NCBI GenBank assembly: GCA_031835245.2
Contig: JAVKOQ020000001.1
Location: 372,001 to 436,000 of the forward strand
Reading direction: 5' to 3'
Length of the DNA: 64,000 bases
DNA from: Balamuthia mandrillaris
Lineage: Eukaryota
Below the pieces are notes generated by a model. It ran no database searches, was not told where the DNA came from, and worked only from the letters and a program-made list of their open reading frames with translations. This document shows positions 54,057 to 64,000 of this stretch, one piece after another. Within the stretch, counting starts at the first letter, position 1, and each line of letters starts with the position of its first letter. A program made the translations under genes and the position numbers.

Positions 54057-55906
54057 TTATTCGCGAACATCAAGCGATCTGGTCAGCCTGTGGCCTATCT
54101 TCGACTTGCCTGAGTCGCCGCCCATTCTCGGCATTTGCACCGGAGCAGAGGAGAGTGGGTACGGCACAAACTTGGAGAGCTTGGCGATGCCCAGGTACTT
54201 CTTCTTATCTCTGATGATGCTGCCGACGGAGGCAAAGTACTCCGCGTCAGGTTTGGCCACCAGGGCCTTGATGCACTCGTCCCTCTCCTTCTCCAAGGCC
54301 AAGTTGGTTGGTCCGCCTTCTCCGTCCCCGCTGGCGTTAACGGACAAAGTCTCAAGCAACATGTACTTGCCGGGTTCTCCAGAGTCAAAGGCTGTGACGA
54401 TGTGATGCACAAAGGTGGCGCGCTTCCTCTTGTAACCCATCACCGAGATGACAAAGTCCCCAGGCCTGGTGGCATAACGCACCAACCAAGCCCCGTTCCT
54501 CTTGGTCTTGAGCAGCATCTCCTCCGCTTTCTTCTTGGAGAGGTCCCCGTGGAACCATTTCTTGGAGGCAAGGTCGGCTAGCCTATCGATCATTCCCACC
54601 TCCAGCGGGCCAAAGTAGCGGGTGAATTTGTCGAAGGTACTGCGCGAGACTCTAGGCTTGCTGCCAGGCTCCCTGTCAGGAAGGAGGAGGGCGTTGCGGA
54701 ACATGGCTAAGCGGGGATCGTTCTCGGAGAGGACACGCGCCAGCGGGATCTTCAGGAAGCTCACAAGGCAGGTCCAAAACTCCAGCCACTCGGGGGTTTC
54801 CTCCGTGAGGAAGTACTTTGTCCAGAAGTCGCGCGCCTTGGGGTCAGCTACCGCGTTATCCACCAAGATCTTCTCGAACCTGCGGTCCTCTAGGATCTGT
54901 TGGAAGGAGGGTCGATCCTGTGGGTCAGCTGCCCAGCAGCTGCGAATGAGCTTGGCGAGGAGCTCGGGGCAGTCGGCAGGGATCGGAGGGCGCTCCTCGT
55001 CATCGCAGACGGCCATCTTGAGCTCCTCTTCGTCCTCGAATTGGTCCTTGTAGGGAGTTTGGCGCGTGTAAATCTCCCAGAGGCAGACGCCGAAGCTGTA
55101 GACGTCTGCCTTTTCATTGACCTCGCGGCCGAGCAGCACCTCGGGGGCCATGTAGAATGGAGATCCACCGGCTTCCATGTCGTCATCTTCGCCTTGCAAC
55201 TTGGAAAGACCTTTTATAAAACGAAAAATGGCGAGGATAAGCGGAAGAAGGAATGGAAAGAAAGGGAAGTAACAAACCGAAATCCGCAACCTTGACGTTG
55301 AAATTATCATCAACGAGCCTGAAAAACAGAACCAGAAGAAAAAAAAAAAGACATCAGTGGATTGTTTGAAGAAAGATGACAGACGAAGTTGGCGTACAAA
55401 TTGGCAGGTTTTAAATCCAAATGCAGGAAAGGCGGATCCATACGATGGAGCCAGTTCATTCCCAGAGCGCAGTCCTTTGCCATTTTCATCTTTTGATCAA
55501 AGGATAGGAATCTGGGCTTGCTAGCACTGTGAAGAAGGGACTCGACACTGCCGTTGGACATGAACTCCATGATGATCATAAGGTTTCCCGGTTGTGTACA
55601 AGCACCCATCAACAAACAAATGTTTGGATGGCGCAATGTTCTAAGAGGAAAGATAGAGAGCGAGAGAGAGACAGAGACAGAGAGACAGTTAGAGAAGGTG
55701 AGAAGTGAAGGAGCAAGGCACGAGGAGGAAAAAAAAACAAAGAGAGAATATATGTACATACATCATAATCTCGACTTCGTTCCTAAAATCTTTCAACGCT
55801 TCATCTTCCAGACCGGCACTTACGAACAACTTCTTAATGGCAACATCCTTTCCGTGAAGAGTACCTCGCCACACTTCGCCGAAAGCGCTACATTATCAGA
55901 TAACAT

Positions 55907-55944
<38 letters not shown>

Positions 55945-57786
55945 AAAGTGCGGGGAAGGAGAAGCAAAGAGAATAACATACCCTTTACCAATAATGTTCC
56001 TTATTTTTACATCTTTGGGATCCACCTCGGCGATTCTCTTCTGTGTTGTCTTCAACTGTTGCATTGCTTGTTGTTTTTGTTTGTACTCATTCTCCAGTTG
56101 TTCCTTGATTCTCTTTTCCTCTTCTTTTATTCTCTTGTCAATTTCATCTTGCATGGCTTTTCTGATCTTCTCTTCTGCTTCTTTTTCTGCCTCTGAGACT
56201 CGTGGAGTGATAGGCTTTTCCCCTCCGGCTTCCGCTTCCTCTTCCTCCTCCCCAGCGGCAGACGAGGATGATCGAGACTTTGCCGGTTCCTTCTTCTTTC
56301 CTTTCTTCTTTTTTGGTTTTGCGTTACGTGGCGTTTGGGCCTCATCGTCTGATGGTTCCTTGATAGGCCACGCTTCTGGATTTTCTTCCCAATTATTCTT
56401 TAAGCCTAACATCTCTCTCACGAGCTCTGTTTTGGATGAAGGTAATAAATTAGTCGTTGTCCAAAAACTGGTTGATTCGTACAGGTTACCTTTTGCGGTG
56501 GGGCGCTTCTCGCCTTCATGAGCCCAGCACCGCTCGATCAAGGATTTTAGAGATGCAGGGAAGCCCGCGGGGAATGGAGGCCTGAGGCCTTGCATGCAAG
56601 TTTTACGAAGGATTTGATAAGAGTTGAGGTTCTGGTCAATGAGGTCCTGGAATGGGATATCATGAACACCTTTTTTTTCACATAGCGTTAGCAAAAAGGG
56701 TAAACACACAAGAAACCAGAACCAGAATATGAATATGAATATGAATATGAATATGAATATGAATATGAATATACAGACACCTTAGTAACAAAAGAACAGA
56801 AACGAATAATAACAGCGAAGGAATGAGGAAAGTACCGCTAAACACACGGATAGCAAGCTCCCAAAGTACAATGCCGACACTGTAAATATCTGTCTTTCCG
56901 CTATACTCTCCATCCATGTAGACCTCAGGAGCAGTGTAGGCCACATTCTGTATTCCTGAGTCCAAGGTGGCTGTTTTTAAAGCTTCGTCTCCTTTATTGT
57001 TGTATCTTGCCCGGCCAAAGTCGCAGAATTTAATGGTCCAATCGTCTGTCAACTGAGAAAGAAGATACTCGTGAGTATTGCTGAGAATGTTTATGAAAAC
57101 TACCGAAGAAATGCACCAACCAAAAGGTTTCTAGGACTTATCTCTCTGTGAATGATTTGAGGTCTCCAGCTGTGGAGCAGGTTAACACCTCTAGCCAAAC
57201 CATTGGCAAGATGGAAGAAACGTTTCCAATCGAGCACTGTACTGTTGTTTCGCAACACCTCTTCCAGCGTTCCTTTGCGGCAGAGCTCCATGACCACGCA
57301 CAACTTGGGTTCGAGACAGAGGCCGTAATAGGCTACCACATGCGGAGAATGTATTTGGCTGAAGGAGCAAGAAGCATGGGGAAGAAGAAAGGAGAAGAAC
57401 AAGAAGATCAAAAACGTCAGAGATATAGAGCTTGAAAATTAAGGAGAAACAGAGACAAATCATAGAAAACGTTACGTTATCATTCTGAACTCGCCCTGCA
57501 ACTTTTCGACGTTTATCAACTCGGAATTGAGGATTTTAACAGCCACCTCCATGCCTCTGTACTCCCCTTCGTAAACCTGGGCGGTAGCTCCGGCGCTGAG
57601 CTTGTCGAACAATTCCAGCTCGTCATAGTCGACCCACCACGACTCTTCCAGTTGGAAGGCGCTCCTGCGTATTGCTGGAGGAAGCGACGATTCACTGCTT
57701 TCTGCTTTGAGCAAGGGAGGAAAAAAGTTTCAGTCAGACAAAGCTCAAATGAGAGAGGAAAAACGCGTAGTGGCCGAACCTGCCAT
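54057..57786 (-). CDS. Tyrosine-kinase-like protein: N-terminal pseudokinase, kinase, C-terminal SH2; multi-exon
   Basis: Domain 1 VAVK, HREISPRN, DFG, APE; domain 2 VAIKK, LRHPNI, HLDLKPAN, spliced VADFGLS, GSPFYMAPE; SH2 WFHGDLS...GAWLVRY...FVISV. Confidence 0.92.
56726..56772. repeat. (ATATGA)n microsatellite, intronic
   Basis: Visible hexamer array in a kinase intron. Confidence 0.9.
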
Positions 57787-58329
57787 GCTACGGTTCTCTT
57801 TGCGTAGCGCACGAAATCTTTGCGAAGGTAATCTCCTCTCTGAAACTGTTTGAGTGAGTAGCGAGCGGCCTTTGGGAAGAAGTTTGTTTGTTTTTTTTAA
57901 AACGGATTGACAAACCTTGTTGTGTTTCCCCCCAAAAGTTTCGCTCAGCAGGAAAGAAGGAAAGGACCGACCCACCAAAAATCGACCCGAAAGCAAATCA
58001 AAAGAGGAAGAAGGAAAAAAAAAAAGAGGGGGGGGGTTTTGGTCCACTACTTTTTTTTTTTGTTATTATCCTTTTCCTTTGTGCTCTGCTATTTTTTTTT
58101 TTCTTTGTCCTTTTTTTTTTCTTTTATTTTTTTTGTTGTCCTTTGCTTGGTGTGGGGTTTTAGGGGGGATGACAAAAAAGACTGCTGATGGGATGCTGCA
58201 ATAGTTAATTGCATCTATTGTCGATCCCGAGGGTTTCCTCATTCATTTATCGGAACAAAAATATTTGAAGAATTATTGATTATTTGTTGTTGAGTGACGT
58301 CAGCAAATAGTGGGACAAACACAGTGCTG

Positions 58330-58331
<2 letters not shown>

Positions 58332-58383
<52 letters not shown>
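58332..58383. repeat. (CT)n microsatellite, intergenic
   Basis: About 25 CT units. Confidence 0.9.
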
Positions 58384-58388
<5 letters not shown>

Positions 58389-58489
58389 GTTCTAACTAAT
58401 GGATTGTTACAGTAACACCGCCTTCCTTTTTTTAAAAGAGTTTACGGGTAACATTTTTTTGCAAAAAAAAGAGGTTTCACGAAATGCTC

Positions 58490-59299
58490 TCACGTCTGTA
58501 GGGAGAAATAAAACGAAAAAGTAGTTAATACCTCTCCACACACAAACCACAAAAAAAAAAGGGACAAAGCAGTATTTACCGAAGTATTTTTAACGTTAGT
58601 CATCTCTGCGCCAGCTTCATCCTCCGAGTCTGTGATATCTTCGCTAATCCTACTGATGGACGAATCCGAACGTTCATTCTTGTCATCCCCTCCCGTATTG
58701 CTTCGCCCTATTTCAACAACCAGGTTCAGCACGCAACGAAGAAAGGAAGAATGAAAGAATGAAAGAAAGCAAGAACAAACCTTTGCCTTTGGAGCCCGAG
58801 CCCTCCAAAGAACTGACCTCGGCGGTGGTGGTGGGATCCACATTCCACTTGCCGTGGACCAACCCCACAATCCAGTTCTTCCACCAGGAGTACGTGGTCT
58901 TGCTCAGGCCAAAGATGGCCGGCACCATGACGAAGGGCAAGGAGTTGTTGATGTGGGCCATGATGAAAATCCCAATGGTGTAGGGCGAGTCCAAATCGCA
59001 GCAAGCCCCCGAGCCATCGCACTCGTCCAGGATGTAGCCATCCTGAGCGTTGGGGGCGGCCAGGCAGGTGAAATACTCGGTGGTGGCCACCTCGACCTCG
59101 TCCTGTTGCTCGCGGGAGCGGAGACGATCGGCCAACATGTAAATGAGGAAGAAGTCGTAGTAGACGGCGAAGCAGAGGAAGCGCATCTGTTGCTTCAGCC
59201 CTTTCCAGCCGCTGGTCATCAGGATCTTAATGATGACAGCTCCAATGCAGAGCGTGGACACGATGCAGAAGATACCCAATGGCACTACAGTTGCGAAGA

Positions 59300-59337
<38 letters not shown>

Positions 59338-60969
59338 AAACAGTTTCTGTTAGTATGTAAAAGAGGCAGGAAGGAAAGAAGAACACGAGGGTACACGCAC
59401 AATTGAAAAAGCCATCAAACCACCACCCCTCGTCAGACTGAACATCAAGGAAGCAGTTGACGGCACCGGGGGTCGCTCTGAACTTCCTGTTGGCCAGGAT
59501 GGTGATGGCGAAGGCCAAACCGGGTATCCAGACTACAAGATGATAGCCTAGGTGCCACCAGGTGTTGTTCTGCTGGAGGGACGGAGGGAAGAACACGATA
59601 CGAATGAGGTTGAAGTTGATGACGGTCCACCATGCCAAACCAAAGTAGGCGCTCATGTAAGTCAGGGCTCCTATTGTTGTTTGACAAAACAAAGTGATGA
59701 GTAAAGAGGAAAGAGAGAGCGGAGAGGATAAAGGAGAAAAAAAGAACAGAACCTATAGCTCCGCATCCATTGTCGCTCTGAGTGGAGTACTCAGTATCAG
59801 ATGAACAAAGTACTTCCTATATAGAAAACGTTTTTAGTCAACAACAATAACGTCTTTTTTTAAAAAAAACGAGACAACTTACTCTCCAACCGCCCCAAAA
59901 TACAGGAAGGAAACCAGCGAGAGCAGTGCCAAAGGAGCAAAGCACAGCCCAAAACGGCAACACCACCGGCAGCTGCCATTTACGTTTGTCCCTGGTTACA
60001 ATGTAAGGCACCAAGAAGATGATGGACATTCCGCAACCCAACAAAGCCAATGCTTTTGATACCATAGAAAAACGAAGAAAGGAGAATAAGAAACATAAAA
60101 ATAGGATAAGAAGAGGGAAAGAAAACAAGCGTACAAGTAAACATCCAAGCCACTCCGTCGTACTCTTCATCACTGAACATAGCAAATGGACAACAGGGAG
60201 AGCATCCTCCCCCATCCGTGCAGCAGTAATGCGGAGGACAGTCCGTGCAGACGACATTGCCGTCGGCAACTCCCTCCGCCACCACGCACGGCGTCGACAG
60301 GATCGCGCGCAAACTGGTCCCTGGAATGCTAACGTTATAGTCCTGCACAATGCTGGTATCCTCTGGCCATTTAAACACCTTTAAAGAAAGAAAGACATAA
60401 GCACAAGAGGAAAAAGAAGGGAGAGAAAAAGACTTCACCTCTTGGGGTTCGCCGCCCTCAACAACGCCGTTTGAGACAGTTTGCTCACAATCCTCCGGAA
60501 ACACCGAGCCACAAAACTGCGAATAGACCGTGCAGGCCGGCTTACAGGTGGGCATCCTGATGCCGAACGGATGGTTCTCTCCGTCCACGAGCTCAGCAGA
60601 GGCCGGAATGGAGGTTATCTCAGGGTCCGTGGCCAAGATTTCTGCCTCGGTGTAGTTGTTGCAGCCCGCAAAGGCCTCCAGACAAGCCAAGGTCCTGGCG
60701 TAGGGCACGCAGCTTGAAAAGGCAGGAGGGATCAGCTTGGTCTGCTCGATTGCCACCGAGGCCCCCTCTGCCAGCTGTTCTTGCGTTGTGCCTTCGGGGA
60801 TGTAGATTGGAAAGGTGAGGACGGGAATACATTCGGGAGGAACGCCGTTGAAAGGCTCGCAGTATTGGGCGGAGGTGAGACGGAGGGAGAGGAGAAAGAA
60901 GGAGAGGAGGAAAAGTGAGGAAAGGAAGAGCTTATAGGAAGAAGAAGTCGCAGAAAGAGTGTTGAGCAT
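58490..60969 (-). CDS. Frizzled/Smoothened-like 7TM receptor with Cys-rich domain, multi-exon
   Basis: Signal peptide; CEP..C..C..LACLEAFAGC..TCKPACTVYSQFCG CRD; CSPCCP linker; FGLAWWTVI, YHLVVWIPG, NCFL; post-TM7 SKTTYSWW. Confidence 0.88.
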
Positions 60970-61709
60970 TATTTTTTCTTTTGTGCTGTCGGAGAAGAAC
61001 AAGAACAGAAAAACTATTTATAACAACTGAAACAGTGAAAAAAACAAATATTAAAAAGGGTGAGCCAAAAGAAATAGTTTTATAAAGGCACAAGAGCAAG
61101 GAGAGATAGGACACATAATCGTATTATAGCTGTAAAAAATACATACTTTACAGAGTACTCCCGCTTCTTACCAACGGACCTGCACAGACACGAAAAAAAA
61201 AAAGAAAAGCTCACCTCTTCTTTGTTTCTGTTTGTTAACGCTCACAGAAAATAAACAAAAAGAACGGAATGGTGGTGGTGGCAACCGTCAGTTTACCAGA
61301 GATACTCGGGCTGGTATTGAAATACCCAATAAAGGGAGGGAATAATAAATGCATTACGAGATTGTCAATTAATTTAAATGGCCGAGGAGTCATCTTTTTG
61401 GACTTGGAGAATTTTCCTCACCACGCGGGGCCAAGGCGCCGAGTCTCCGACCCCGAAAAATAGAGTTCATGTGCGGACGAAGAAAACAAGAAAGAGAGAA
61501 CTTTGGTTGTTCGCGAAATGGCCCGACCAATGGAAAGTTGTCCTCCTCCTCGTTCCTGAAAAACAATGGCGTGTCTTGGTGATAAAGTCATTAACCAAAC
61601 TATGCTATAACGGTTGGTTCGTTGATGCGTCCGTACGACGAACTAACATGACACAATTTGGTTATTGAGAGGCATGGTGGCAAGCGCAACAAATATAAAA
61701 ACAGCTTTC

Positions 61710-63629
61710 TTAGGAAGAAGAAGATGAAGAGGACGGTGCAAAAGGGGGCTTGGTGGGTGGTCTGAACGGGTTTGGCATTCTATTACTGTTGGCACCACCA
61801 GTGTAACCACCTCCTCTTCCAATACCTCCGGAAAGACCTCCTACTGGTTGTTTGCTACTGAGAGTAGCCGCGAGAGCGGCAACTCCGCCCCCACTAGGAT
61901 TGGCACCAAAAGTAGAAGCGACAGCAGCAACCTCAGCACCGCCACGAACAGGCCTAAGGGGAGCGTTACCCTGACCTCCACGCCCTCCTCCTCCGTTTCT
62001 TGCTCCTCCTGGTCGTTCCATTTTTTGGAGCAACGCGGAGGCAGCGGCTGCGCTTGTTACCGAGAATGATGAGGTCCCCGATGAGGGCGGGATGGCAACG
62101 GAAGGTTTTGGAGGAGCACGTGCTGGTGGTGTTTGTAGATGCGAATGCAAGAAAGAAGGAAGAGATGACGATGAAGGCGAAGCCGAAGACGAAGGAGGGA
62201 GGAGTGGAAGACTAAGCAGCAAGGGTGGCAATGTTTCCAGTTGTTCTTGTATATGTTGCGCATTCTCTGGTCCTTGTTTCATTGGTTCATGCTTCCTATC
62301 TTCCTCTCGTTCGTTTCTTGTCTGTTTCTCTTTTCCTTTGTCTTCCATGCCATCCGTCACATCAGTAGTCAAATTTCGGAGAGTCATACCTTTCTTCGTT
62401 GGTTCCGCGTCTTCCTCCCGCAGTCTCTGCGAGGAAGCCAACGGTACGGACTTGAAGCTGGGTTGTTGTTGTTGCTCCAAAAAGAAAGGGGGCAAAGAAG
62501 CTAACTGCGTCGACATAGGACGATGCATAGGAGTGAAAGGACTCTCCCAAGTTCCAAATGTGGGCAGTGCCGAAGAAGCCGAAGTTGAGGACGCCGATGG
62601 TGCGGAGGCACGAGGAGAAAGAACTCCAGAAGCCATCATAACCACATTTAAATCGAGGGAGGAGTTCTTTAGCAGCTTGTTCTTCATTTCGTTGAAACTG
62701 ATGGAGAGTTGGTCCTGCAGCTCAGCAAAATCAGCAGAGACAACTGCTTGATGTACCACCAATCCTTTCTCGAGGATGGCAATGTGTTCCGCCAGGCAGC
62801 GCTTCAACAGGGCAACCTTCTCTCCATCGTTGGGATGTTCCTTTGCATATTCCTCCGTAAAGAAGGCCTTCTCGTAGATTTCGGGGCCGCCGTTCACTGC
62901 CGCCGAGACAGCTCCTTTGAGCACCATTGTGAAAGGTGACACGTTGAGAGCAGGCGAAGGAGCAGACATCTGTGGTGGTTGTAGTTGAGATGATAAGTCA
63001 GTAGTAGAGGTTTGTGAGGTATAATTGGCAGTGGCGGTTGCTACTGTTGTAGGAGTAGCAGTTGCAGAAGCTGTGGTGCCACTGGGAGACAAGGAAGATG
63101 AAGAAGGAGTGAGAGCAGAAGAGGAATAGCAGGCGATCATGCGGGCGAGCTCGTGGTTTTTGTCTATCATGGTGTTGATGGCGTTTTCGATGGGCGGCAA
63201 TTCTACTCGTTTTTGGCGAACCACTTGGGCGCGACGGAGTAGCGTTGGCAACTCTTCCTTAGTTTCATAGTACGTGTTTGTGATCCAAAGATGCTGAACA
63301 GTACGAAGAAAATAAGGAATTGAATACAAAGATAAGGTAATAAAAAGAGCGAGCGTACGGCAAAGTCATTGTCAGTCTTGTTCTTCTTTCTGACCTCTGG
63401 ACGTGCGTAAACAAAAACTTTGGCCTGTCGATATTGGTGTGTGTTGGGCGGTTGATGTCTGTGTAATCGGGTATCCTCTTTGTCGCAAATTTCCATCTCT
63501 TCTAAACTGGACAATTTCACCAAAAAGATTTGGAGGTCTATTTGTTTTTGTTTTTAAAGGTTTGTTGTTTGTTGAGAATAAGACAAAAGAAAGATGGAGA
63601 GAAGAGAGAGAAGAGAGAGAGAGAGAGAG

Positions 63630-63696
<67 letters not shown>

Positions 63697-64000
63697 AATA
63701 CGCTGTCCATCATCCCCAGTAATGTCAGGGCTTGGAGGCAGTGTGCTGCGCATTAGTTTTGCGTCAGGCCACCTGCGCTGCACTTTTTGCGTAAAGGTAT
63801 CCAACCTTTCCAGCTCTGATGCCCTGTGTATGAATTGTTTGTTCTGGTTTTGAACGTTGCAAATTATCGGTTCAGTAAGAAAGAAAGAATAGAAACATGA
63901 AGATTACATATGAACAGAGAATATCTGGTAATAAATATATATACCCTGATTTCTTTGGGGAACTTGTGCCCATAGTAGCCAACGTGGAAATATTCGATGG
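61710..64000 (-). CDS. DOCK-family Rho/Rac GEF, DHR-2 domain and Pro/Ser/Gly-rich tail; 5' part outside window
   Basis: YFHVGYYG, FVYARP, LWITNTYY...LPTLLRR, PPIENAINTM, MVLKGAVSAAVNGGPEIYEKAFF. Confidence 0.92.

Overview
Gene-dense, intron-rich eukaryotic DNA with GT-AG introns carrying (CT)n and A-rich tracts. Gene content suggests a free-living amoeba (Amoebozoa); this is inferred, not shown. About 28 protein-coding loci can be supported. In order: a classical tyrosine phosphatase, mitochondrial carrier, SCAMP, ABHD17-like hydrolase, intronless F-box/ankyrin gene, Pol-beta-type nucleotidyltransferase, two tandem F-box paralogues, full-length TOR, YhhN protein, Tom40-like barrel, ZnF-UBP/sirtuin/C1 fusion, CxxS thioredoxin, DUF1295, P4-ATPase, heliorhodopsin, FMO, F-box/WD40, SRP54, Yip1, a pseudokinase-kinase-SH2 protein, a Frizzled/Smoothened-like receptor and the 3' part of a DOCK GEF. 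The strongest candidate for new biology is the spliced heliorhodopsin (39584-40662, minus). It keeps the retinal Lys and counterion Glu but has Gln for the TM1 His and an Asp inside TM6, spaced like the acidic residues of a proton-conducting viral heliorhodopsin. Exon boundaries were read by eye and are approximate unless stated.
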